A stretch of 63,993 nucleotides of DNA, from IMG/VR virus record IMGVR_UViG_3300027770_000036; one strand, written 5' to 3'. The stretch comes from an uncultured virus (IMG/VR IMGVR_UViG_3300027770_000036) (taxonomy: Duplodnaviria; Heunggongvirae; Uroviricota; Caudoviricetes). Shown one piece after another: positions 8,381 to 16,161 of the stretch (positions are counted from its first letter, which is position 1; the number at the start of each line of letters is the position of its first letter). The notes under the pieces are model-generated. The model was not told the DNA's origin and did no database searches. It saw nothing but the letters and a program-made list of their open reading frames with translations. The position numbers were made by a program, and so were the translations under genes.

Positions 8381-10645
8381 ATGGTTTCTAATGTTAAAAA
8401 ACTTGTAGTATGTGCCCTTAACTTAAAGAAAGTTAAAAAAAGGGACGGCAGTCTAGACAGCTTCGACTCACATAAGATCTCTCTAGCCATAGAAAGATGC
8501 TTTAAAAACGGCATTGGTAGTAGTGACGAAGAAGCCCAAGCGGCTAGCGTCAAGGTTACCAAGGCTGTAGTAAATATATTCACCAAAAAGGATGAAGTCG
8601 AGATAGAAGTGGAGAGTATTCAAAAGGTTATTATTCAGCAGCTATGGGCCCTAGGATACTTTGACGCAGCTGAGCAGTACACCTTATTTAAAGAGAAGAG
8701 ACGCCAAGAAAGGGTTAATCACCCTGTCGATCCTGCATTGCATCAGATGGTCGAAGAAGACCGTAAGTACTTTCCTACAGCGTTGCAGTATTATCAGTTC
8801 ATTAGTAAGTTTTCTAAGTGGAATGAAGGGCTAGGCCGCAGAGAGACTTGGGGCGAATGTGTAGACAGAGTTATGAACTTCTTCTCCAGTAAGGAATCCT
8901 ACGGAAAGCTGTCGGAGGAGGATAAGAGGGACTTAAGAGAGTACCTTCACCGAATGGACGCCACGCCTGCTATGAGAGTCATTCAGATGGCTGGCCCGGC
9001 TTTAGAGAGGTGTGAGGTAGGAGTTTATAACTGTAGCTACCTTCCTATCTGCGACACAAAGTCTTTTAGTGAACTGCTTTACATTCTTATGCAAGGCACG
9101 GGCGCGGGGTTCTCTGTGGAACGCCAATACGTCAATCTTATTCCTCCAGTGATCAGACAGACTGGTAAAGCTCCCAAGAAGATTACAGTAGTGGACGATA
9201 CAGAGGGATGGTGTGATGCCTTAGACGCAGGACTTAACGCTTGGGTATCAGGAAAGGATGTAGAGTTTGACTACTCAAACATACGCGCGTCTGGAACTAG
9301 GCTAAAGACAAAAGGAGGAAGAGCTAGTGGACCTGGTCCATTGATGGAGCTTATGTCCTTTGCAAGAAACCTTATATTGGCTAAGCAGGGTGAGTCCCTT
9401 AGTGATATCGACTGTCATGACCTAGCTTGCAAGGTAGGCAAGATCGTTCAAGTGGGTGGAGTCAGAAGAGCCAGTGAGATATCACTTAGTGACTTAAACT
9501 CTACTGAGATGCGAGACGCTAAATCAGGCCAATGGTGGAAGAATAACTTACAAAGGACCATGGCTAACAACTCTGCCGTGTATGTAAAGAAGCCTTCTGA
9601 TATTGAGTTCATGGAAGAGTGGGCAGCTCTAGCTAAGAGCGGCTCAGGAGAAAGAGGCATCTTCAATAGAGAAGGAGTTAACGCCTCTTTGCCTAAGAGA
9701 AGGAAACCTAATACCTTTGGGACCAATCCTTGCGCAGAGATTATTCTTAGACCATACCAGTTCTGTAACTTATCTATAGTAGTGGCAAGGGAAAATGACA
9801 CCCCTGAAACGCTAGCTAAGAAGGTTAGAATAGCTACCATCTTTGGTACCATGCAGAGCTGCCTTACTAACTTTAAGTATATTAGAAAGGAGTGGAAAGA
9901 TAACTGCGAAGAAGAAAGGCTCTTAGGAGTGGATATCACAGGGCAGATGGATTGCCCCTTACTTAGACCTAGCAACCCTGACAGAGATAAGCTTTTAGCT
10001 AGACTTAAGAATATCGTCAGTAAGACTAATGAGGAGTACGCAAAGAAGTTTGGTATTCCTAGATCAGCAGCAGATACCTGTATTAAGCCCTCTGGTGATA
10101 GTGCTGTAATGTTTGGATGCTCGTCAGGAATCCATGCACGTTTTTCTGACTACTATATTCGTAGGGTTAGAGAGAAGTCTGATAGTCCTGTAGCTCATAT
10201 GCTTATCGACGCAGGTGTTCCTTGGATTCCTGCTTCAGAGGACCCAGCCCTATTAGCGTTTGAGTTTCCTTGCGCTTCTCCAAAGGGGGCTATTATAAAG
10301 ACTCAACAGACTGTTATAGACCAGCTAGACAATTGGCTTACATGGAAGCGCCACTGGGCTGAGCACTCTGTGTCGGCGACCATTTACGTGGAGCCAGGAG
10401 AATGGTTATTAGCTTGTCAGTGGGTATATAAAAACTTTGACGAGGTCTCTGGCATCAGCTTTCTTCCTAGGGACAATGGTACCTACACTAGTACCCCTTA
10501 TGAAGAGATTGATGAAGCCGAGTACAAGCGAAGAGTGGAGGCGTTTCCACAAGTTGACTGGGCTAAGCTCTCTAGGTATGAGAAGACAGACCAGACAGAG
10601 TCGGCTCAGACGTATGCCTGCACTAGCGGTGTATGCGAATTGTAA
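8381..10645 (+). CDS. nrdJ: Class II (adenosylcobalamin-dependent) ribonucleotide reductase with N-terminal ATP cone
   Basis: ATP cone (VKKRDG...FD..KI), RRETW, YNCSY, GTGAGFSVE, GGVRRA, TNPCAEI, TCIKPSG and C-terminal CTSGVCEL; no NrdB nearby. Confidence 0.9.
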   Translation: MVSNVKKLVVCALNLKKVKKRDGSLDSFDSHKISLAIERCFKNGIGSSDEEAQAASVKVTKAVVNIFTKKDEVEIEVESIQKVIIQQLWALGYFDAAEQYTLFKEKRRQERVNHPVDPALHQMVEEDRKYFPTALQYYQFISKFSKWNEGLGRRETWGECVDRVMNFFSSKESYGKLSEEDKRDLREYLHRMDATPAMRVIQMAGPALERCEVGVYNCSYLPICDTKSFSELLYILMQGTGAGFSVERQYVNLIPPVIRQTGKAPKKITVVDDTEGWCDALDAGLNAWVSGKDVEFDYSNIRASGTRLKTKGGRASGPGPLMELMSFARNLILAKQGESLSDIDCHDLACKVGKIVQVGGVRRASEISLSDLNSTEMRDAKSGQWWKNNLQRTMANNSAVYVKKPSDIEFMEEWAALAKSGSGERGIFNREGVNASLPKRRKPNTFGTNPCAEIILRPYQFCNLSIVVARENDTPETLAKKVRIATIFGTMQSCLTNFKYIRKEWKDNCEEERLLGVDITGQMDCPLLRPSNPDRDKLLARLKNIVSKTNEEYAKKFGIPRSAADTCIKPSGDSAVMFGCSSGIHARFSDYYIRRVREKSDSPVAHMLIDAGVPWIPASEDPALLAFEFPCASPKGAIIKTQQTVIDQLDNWLTWKRHWAEHSVSATIYVEPGEWLLACQWVYKNFDEVSGISFLPRDNGTYTSTPYEEIDEAEYKRRVEAFPQVDWAKLSRYEKTDQTESAQTYACTSGVCEL

Positions 10646-10650
10646 TGTCT

Positions 10651-10697
10651 GATAGCTAAAAAAAATCACCTCCAAACCCCTAAGGGCTGGAGGTGAT
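10651..10697 (-). terminator. Intrinsic terminator, family A (near-identical copies at about 11221 and 11504)
   Basis: Hairpin atcacctcc...ggaggtgat adjoining an A8 tract (U-tract on minus). Confidence 0.85.
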
Positions 10698-10703
10698 TTG
10701 GTT

Positions 10704-11108
10704 TTACTTAGTGGAGTAATGCTTTTCTAAAACCTCACACCACTTATACTGGTCCAATAACCTGTGAAGCTGAGCCACAGGGTCTTTTACTTCATTGTCC
10801 GCAAAAGCGAATATGAAATTCTCAAAAGCTTCTGGAGACATCTTTGCTGCTGCAGCTTTGCGAACCCTTTCCAGGGTAGCACCATGCCGCTCATTAGCGG
10901 CATGTGTCTTGAGGCGTTGGCCCTGCAACGCCTCTTCAGCCAGACGAGTTGCCTCAAACCTTTCATCATACAGGTCCTCTATCCTCTGGTTGGCGCGGGT
11001 AAGATACGACCTTAGCCCCGCTACTTCGTCCTTCCACATCAGGACTCCGATTAGGGCTACAGCTAGCCAGCCACAGTTTATAAGAGCCACCATCTTCTTG
11101 CTGTACAT
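10704..11108 (-). CDS. Small membrane-anchored coiled-coil protein (cassette gene)
   Basis: SD GGAG precedes ATG 11108; N-terminal TM helix; ends HYSTK. Confidence 0.7.
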   Translation of the reverse strand: MYSKKMVALINCGWLAVALIGVLMWKDEVAGLRSYLTRANQRIEDLYDERFEATRLAEEALQGQRLKTHAANERHGATLERVRKAAAAKMSPEAFENFIFAFADNEVKDPVAQLHRLLDQYKWCEVLEKHYSTK

Positions 11109-11270
11109 GATACTTACTCCCAACGCGCCTTAATGTAGTTAACAACCTAAAGGGTTGTTTGAATGCTACGGCGTCATCATTGTATTATGACTCATATATG
11201 GGTCGAATTAAGGAATGGGTAATAGCTAAAAAAAAATCACCTCCAAACCCCTAAGGGCTGGAGGTAATGT

Positions 11271-11399
11271 TTACATCCCTAAAGCTATTTCGATAGCTTT
11301 AGAGAATGTCATTGCCAATAACGCTCCTACTGCCAGTATCGGCAGTACGGAACATGCGGCACCAAAGATAACATATCCAAAACTCATTTCTTCGTTCAC
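11271..11399 (-). CDS. 42-aa hydrophobic peptide (cassette gene)
   Basis: AAGGAGG SD with GTG start; MNEEMSFGYVIFGAACSVLPILAVGALLAMTFSKAIEIALGM; fills the cassette exactly. Confidence 0.7.
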   Translation of the reverse strand: MNEEMSFGYVIFGAACSVLPILAVGALLAMTFSKAIEIALGM

Positions 11400-11418
11400 G
11401 GTAACCTCCTTAACTTAT

Positions 11419-11460
11419 AGGATTAGGTGCCATCTACTAGATGACTGAGACCTATCCTTT
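11419..11460 (-). promoter_or_regulatory. Conserved 5'-leader RNA hairpin (copies near 11751, 37888, 38367, 39829, 41668, 42199, 42570, 44381)
   Basis: Minus strand AAGGATAGG-N-AGTCATCT-N3-AGATGGCACCTAATCCT begins just downstream of the -10 box; the inner stem covaries (CATCT/AGATG versus CACCT/AGGTG). Confidence 0.8.
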
Positions 11461-11557
11461 CATATCATTATGACACGATTATGGGTCGAATTAAGGAATG
11501 GGTAATAGCTAAAAAAAAATCACCTCCAAACCCCTAAGGGCTGGAGGTGATCTCGTT

Positions 11558-11731
11558 TTACTTAGTAGAGTAATGACTCCTAAGGAAATCTACCCATCTT
11601 TCCTCCATCTCAACCGCCTTGGCGGCCTTGGCTGCCAAGACGGTTGACCTCAATACGAGTCCGCCTATCACAGCCCCTAGGGCTATGAAGGTGCCTGCAA
11701 CAATAATTAGATGGCCGTACTTCTTCAACAT
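11558..11731 (-). CDS. 57-aa single-TM protein (cassette gene)
   Basis: GAAAGGA SD; MLKKYGHLIIVAGTFIALGAVIGGLVL...HYSTK. Confidence 0.75.
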   Translation of the reverse strand: MLKKYGHLIIVAGTFIALGAVIGGLVLRSTVLAAKAAKAVEMEERWVDFLRSHYSTK

Positions 11732-11886
11732 GTTATTATCCTTTCGATACAGGATTAGGTGCCATCTACTAGATGACTGATAACCTATCCTTTCATATCA
11801 TTATGACTCAAATACCCCTCCAATTAAGTGGTGCGTAATAGCTAAAAAAAAGCAGCCATATGGATAACCATACGACTGCTCTTTGT

Positions 11887-12276
11887 TTAGTTATTCTTTA
11901 AGGCCTCCCTAACGGCCTTCAGCAATACAGTTCTCCTAAAGGAGGAGAACGTCTTAAACTCAAGAGTCGAGTTTAAGATTTTAGCGGCAACCGCCATTGT
12001 TGCCGACCAGGCTCCGAGCTGGTCCTTGGTTAGGATAGCCACCAGTACCGGGCCTTTGCCCTGATACTGAGAAAGGGCCGCCTTGACCCAGTTCTTACCA
12101 GCTACCTCACAGAACAGAAAGTCCCTAGTTGAAGAGTACTTCTTCCAGTTCTTCCTCTGGGCCACAAGGCCCAGCTTCTCCATTCCTTGGGGAGAGAGAC
12201 TAGCAATCTCCTCCTCAAAGGCCCCGTGGGCGAAGTCCCACTCTGAGGACGGGGCTAAACTTAACTTGGCTGCCAT
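11887..12276 (-). CDS. Hypothetical protein (cassette gene)
   Basis: AGGAGG SD, 129 aa, lies between promoter and terminator. Confidence 0.75.
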   Translation of the reverse strand: MAAKLSLAPSSEWDFAHGAFEEEIASLSPQGMEKLGLVAQRKNWKKYSSTRDFLFCEVAGKNWVKAALSQYQGKGPVLVAILTKDQLGAWSATMAVAAKILNSTLEFKTFSSFRRTVLLKAVREALKNN

Positions 12277-12390
12277 ATGGCCTCCTATTCTTCCAGCGTG
12301 TGGATGCTACGATTAGTCGTATGCTACGATTAGTCGTAGTAGTTAAATGCCACGTGGATTCATAGGATTATGACGCGAAATGTGCTCTGA

Positions 12391-13161
12391 TTAAGCCTTC
12401 TTATGTGCGAGGTAATTATCGCATATAAAGGTGAATGAGTACTTCTTCATCTTGTCTCTTATAGTGGTTACGTTGAGGCCCATCTTTTTAGCCCACTTGG
12501 GAAGCGTAAGCTCCTCTCCGTTATAGCTGTATAGCTTAGGCTTCTTTACCTCAACTGCCTCAGGCGCAGCTGCTATCTCATCTCCGGTCATTCCTAGCAC
12601 ATATAAGTTGCAGGCCTTATCAAAGTTTAGTTTCATTTTCTTACATAACGTCATTAGTCGCATTATCTCGCCCTTGTATATCACCTCTCCAGATAGCTTT
12701 GGAGGATCTTCAGATATGGCGTCGGCAAATGTCATGCCCCTTCTAAGTCTGGTAGTTATAGTTGAGTAATTAAGTCCTAGATCCTTACACCACACAGATA
12801 AAGGAAACTTCTTACCGTCGTGCTCTATTATCTTATTCGTAGTCTTATTGATAGCCTGCATATGGGAGATGAGCCATTTCATATTACCAGTAACGTAACC
12901 CTTATCATTGTCTATGCGCTCTATAGTGTACTTCTCTTTTGGGGACGGGCACTCTCCTACTTCGTTAAGGAAGTTAAGAAAACTGTACCTATAGAAGTCC
13001 TCTATTACAAAACCCCTACCTCCATAATTAGAGTATCTGGCGTGCATTGGATTATGGCACTTACCTATAGTTCGCTGCCAGGTCTTGTACTCTTTATAGT
13101 ACCTTCCGTACACCATTGATGAGCCTGCTACGTCTTCTGGTTTAAAGGCAAAGTTAGGCAC
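12391..13161 (-). CDS. HNH-like homing endonuclease with repeated C-terminal DNA-binding modules
   Basis: YSNYGGRG...TIERIDNDKGY..GN.KW, followed by repeats like GKKFPLSVWCKDLGLNYSTI and GEELTLPKWAKKMGLNVTTI. Confidence 0.7.
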   Translation of the reverse strand: MPNFAFKPEDVAGSSMVYGRYYKEYKTWQRTIGKCHNPMHARYSNYGGRGFVIEDFYRYSFLNFLNEVGECPSPKEKYTIERIDNDKGYVTGNMKWLISHMQAINKTTNKIIEHDGKKFPLSVWCKDLGLNYSTITTRLRRGMTFADAISEDPPKLSGEVIYKGEIMRLMTLCKKMKLNFDKACNLYVLGMTGDEIAAAPEAVEVKKPKLYSYNGEELTLPKWAKKMGLNVTTIRDKMKKYSFTFICDNYLAHKKA

Positions 13162-13181
13162 TGGTATCTCCGAGTAAGAGT

Positions 13182-13619
13182 CTAGTATAAATCAGGTCTA
13201 GAAGTTAATACTGCTAGACCTCTATTGCCTATGAACTCCGTAGTAACTCTATAAGAGTCACTATCAAAGTGCTGAGTAGAGAACTCAGTTATCTTTGCTG
13301 GAGTGAGGCCAAAGAATTGGTGAATTATCCCTGGAAGGACATGCCAAGCCTGTCCTTCCTCTAGCACTATCTGAGCGTACTCAGGAGCATATGCCAGGGC
13401 TTCTTGATCTGACAAGACGGGGCTCTTTGAATACACAAACAGAACCCTACCCTCAGTTACCATAAGCACCTCGTCTTTAAGGAGATGATAATGGTAACTG
13501 CAGTATCCGTCTTTTTTAATGTTTAGGATCTTGCCGCAGTACTTCTCACTGTTGGCTATCCAAATCTCACTACCCCAAGTCTTAGGAGCGTAGGTCATCT
13601 TGTCTAAAAAGCCTGGCAT
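13182..13619 (-). CDS. Cupin-fold sugar isomerase-like protein
   Basis: KTWGSEIW, CSYHYHLLKDE, PGIIHQF, EFST. Confidence 0.75.
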   Translation of the reverse strand: MPGFLDKMTYAPKTWGSEIWIANSEKYCGKILNIKKDGYCSYHYHLLKDEVLMVTEGRVLFVYSKSPVLSDQEALAYAPEYAQIVLEEGQAWHVLPGIIHQFFGLTPAKITEFSTQHFDSDSYRVTTEFIGNRGLAVLTSRPDLY

Positions 13620-13634
13620 ACTATCTCCCTTATA

Positions 13635-14300
13635 TTAAGTGCTAGACCCCTTGCTGCTTTCTTCCGTAACCTTAAGGGCTCGCATTATAGCAGCTAACGA
13701 AGGATGACGCACTATCATGCTTTCGTCGAACTTAACATACCCAATACAGCCTAAGGCTTCAAGTGCTTTACAAAACTTATGCAAAACATTGTGTCCTCTT
13801 AGGTCACTCTGGCTAGGGTCTCCGCATATTAAAAGCTTTCCCCCTTTACCTAATCTAGTTATGAAAGCCTTAAGCTGCTCCCATGTGCAGTTCTGTGCTT
13901 CATCAAGAATGGCAACGCAGTCATCAAAGGTTCTACCTCTGATCATAGCTAGTGGAACTATCTCCATTTTCTTTATGATCTCCTGAGGAGGTACTGTTGT
14001 TATTCTTCTTAGGACGTCTTCGACAGGCGCTATCCATGGAGCCATTTTTTCATTCACGTCGCCAGGCAGAAAGCCTAGCTTCTCGCCGCACTCTACAGTG
14101 GGGCGAGTAAGAATGATTCGACGGCATTTGTGATTTAAGAATGAAGTGATAGCTAGCTTTACGGCTTGATGTGTCTTGCCTGTGCCTGCGGGTCCTATGA
14201 GAAATAGCACATCCTTTTTATGAAATAGTAAGTCAGATTCCTTTTGTGCAGCATTAAGAGGTAAGAGTACGGGATTAAGGTCCTTTGGCGTCTTAGCCAT
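13635..14300 (-). CDS. phoH: PhoH-like ATPase
   Basis: GPAGTGKT, LGFLPGDVNEKMAPW, IRGRTF, DEAQN, GDPSQSD. Confidence 0.95.
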   Translation of the reverse strand: MAKTPKDLNPVLLPLNAAQKESDLLFHKKDVLFLIGPAGTGKTHQAVKLAITSFLNHKCRRIILTRPTVECGEKLGFLPGDVNEKMAPWIAPVEDVLRRITTVPPQEIIKKMEIVPLAMIRGRTFDDCVAILDEAQNCTWEQLKAFITRLGKGGKLLICGDPSQSDLRGHNVLHKFCKALEALGCIGYVKFDESMIVRHPSLAAIMRALKVTEESSKGSST

Positions 14301-14353
14301 TATTACTCCGACCGGGTATTAACCCGGCTATGGGTTACACCGAACTACCAACA

Positions 14354-14369
14354 GTGGAGACGTCTCCAC
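14354..14369. repeat. 16-bp palindrome GTGGAGACGTCTCCAC (dispersed family, about 12 copies)
   Basis: Perfect copies at 14354, 37967 and 60915; variants at 7850, 23284, 26824, 34919, 36207, 39418, 40523, 45460 and 52890. Confidence 0.9.
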
Positions 14370-14381
14370 TATTTTTTATAC

Positions 14382-15437
14382 TTATTTTTTTTTCCCTGTA
14401 AACTTAGGGGGTTTAGCGGGTTTAACGGGTGTTTTAACTGGGGGTGGCTTGCGTACCAGAGGAGCAACAGGAGTACCTCCCTTGGGCCCTCTTTCCTTAT
14501 CTTGCTGTGCCTGTACAGCCTTGGCTAGATTGCTAGCTGCCTTCGCCTCTCGTTCAGACTTCTCCTTCAGCCCATCGGCGACCTTATTTTTTTCGCCTTG
14601 TTCTTTAGCTAGAACGTTTCTTAGATCTGCTAGCTGTGCGGCATTAAGTGTGCCTAAACCACCATTAGCCATACCAGGAAGTCCGCCACCAATAGCTGCT
14701 GAAACAGCCGCGGATGCAGCTGAAACATCATTTTTGATTATGGTACCGTCGCTATAATTAATTTTGTAAGAAGGATCCTCGCTAGCTAGGGCTGCCCTAG
14801 CTACGGCGTCCGCGTTTAATACTGATTCGTATTGTGTTTCTAGTTGTTTTAATTTCGCAATCCAGCCTGAGTAAAGGTTATAGAGCGCCACAACGTTGTT
14901 GGGCGACCCATTCAGTCTTTTACCCATCTCCTTTGTTCTAGCTTCTTCTTTTAGTTCTTGTTCTGCACCGAAGTAAGTCAGTCTCTGCCTCCTAGCACCA
15001 CTGACTAGATCTTCTTGTTCTTTAATCGCCCGCTTAAGTACATCTGCTGCTAGTTGGCGTAGAGACGCGGGGTCGTTACCCTCACGTAAGTCTTTTGCTT
15101 TTTGTACTTCGTACGTGTATGTGCCACTATCTATAGGGTCGAGGCGGGAGCCAACATATATTTGCCCGAGTACTTTATTTAGTAGAATTTCTTTTGTATC
15201 TTGTATCCTTTTATCATCATCGCGCTTTGCATTAAATGTGGCGAGGCCCTCTGCGTCTTTTACCAGCTTTTGTTGATACTCATTCCACTTTGCAGCGCCG
15301 AAAGCCTTTATGTAGTCTCTTTTTATCCTTGCTGCTTCGTTTTGTTTCCACTCAAAATCTTGATTTTCACGATACAATCTTTGTGCCTCTGTTTCAGGGA
15401 AAGCTCCCATTGGTACACTGTACGGCGAGTTTGCCAT
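14382..15437 (-). CDS. Helical protein with Pro/Lys-rich C-terminal tail
   Basis: 351 aa; ends KPPPVKTPVKPAKPPKFTGKKK. Confidence 0.7.
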   Translation of the reverse strand: MANSPYSVPMGAFPETEAQRLYRENQDFEWKQNEAARIKRDYIKAFGAAKWNEYQQKLVKDAEGLATFNAKRDDDKRIQDTKEILLNKVLGQIYVGSRLDPIDSGTYTYEVQKAKDLREGNDPASLRQLAADVLKRAIKEQEDLVSGARRQRLTYFGAEQELKEEARTKEMGKRLNGSPNNVVALYNLYSGWIAKLKQLETQYESVLNADAVARAALASEDPSYKINYSDGTIIKNDVSAASAAVSAAIGGGLPGMANGGLGTLNAAQLADLRNVLAKEQGEKNKVADGLKEKSEREAKAASNLAKAVQAQQDKERGPKGGTPVAPLVRKPPPVKTPVKPAKPPKFTGKKK

Positions 15438-15439
15438 GC

Positions 15440-16021
15440 TTACTCTCCTGTTTTTGTTGGTTTGTCTTCAAATAATATCATAGAGATAGCCGCTACAATA
15501 GCCTCGGTTACAGGCTTAGTATCCTTCCATACTACAAGGCCGAACCTTCTAAACAACCTTCCGGCCTTATTACTATCATACCATCTAGAGTCTAGCTCTT
15601 TCCAGGGTATATATCCCCTACAGTCATCTAAGGCTGGATCTTCAAAGTATACGTTTTCTTTATCGTAATCGATGGCTATTACATAATGCCCGCTATCACC
15701 TTTAAGCTCTGCAGGAGTAGCCCATGCCTGTATAGTTACTATGACAGGCCTTCCTATGTTTAGATGTCTTCTGAGTTCTGCGTTGGTCATTCGCTCGCGC
15801 CACATAGTATGGAATCCCCTACTCATGGCCGCGTAGTTAAGTCGGTCAGGACTAGTGCCGTCTGTAGGGTCTGATTTGAGTTCTTCAGCTAGGTCTTCCT
15901 CTCTAACGTGTTCTCCCCAATAGCTAAATATAGCACTCAACACAGCTGGGCCACAGGTGTGATCCAGCTTCTGCCGAGTGTCGGGTAGAGGTATTCTGTT
16001 TCCTAGTAGAGCTCGAGGCAT
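15440..16021 (-). CDS. C39-family cysteine peptidase
   Basis: QKLDHTCGPAVL (Gln/Cys), GHYVIA (His), EDPA; GGAGG SD precedes ATG 16021. Confidence 0.85.
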   Translation of the reverse strand: MPRALLGNRIPLPDTRQKLDHTCGPAVLSAIFSYWGEHVREEDLAEELKSDPTDGTSPDRLNYAAMSRGFHTMWRERMTNAELRRHLNIGRPVIVTIQAWATPAELKGDSGHYVIAIDYDKENVYFEDPALDDCRGYIPWKELDSRWYDSNKAGRLFRRFGLVVWKDTKPVTEAIVAAISMILFEDKPTKTGE

Positions 16022-16161
16022 TATAGGCCTCCTGCAAGACGTAGGTGTAAGGATGTAACGACCTACCACTATGGTACCCTATTAATGTAGGCCTACAAAC
16101 CATTTAGGTAAGATTTGATTTAAGTCGTTACGATATAAGGCTTTACACTTCTATAATAAGG

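Larger units (their letters stand above)
10651..12395 (-). repeat. Cassette array 1: four promoter-ORF-terminator units
   Basis: Plus-strand (g/a)atagctaaaaaaaa plus hairpin at 10651, 11221, 11504 and 11837; attatgac..N..attaag promoter at about 11184, 11467, 11800 and 12368. Confidence 0.9.
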
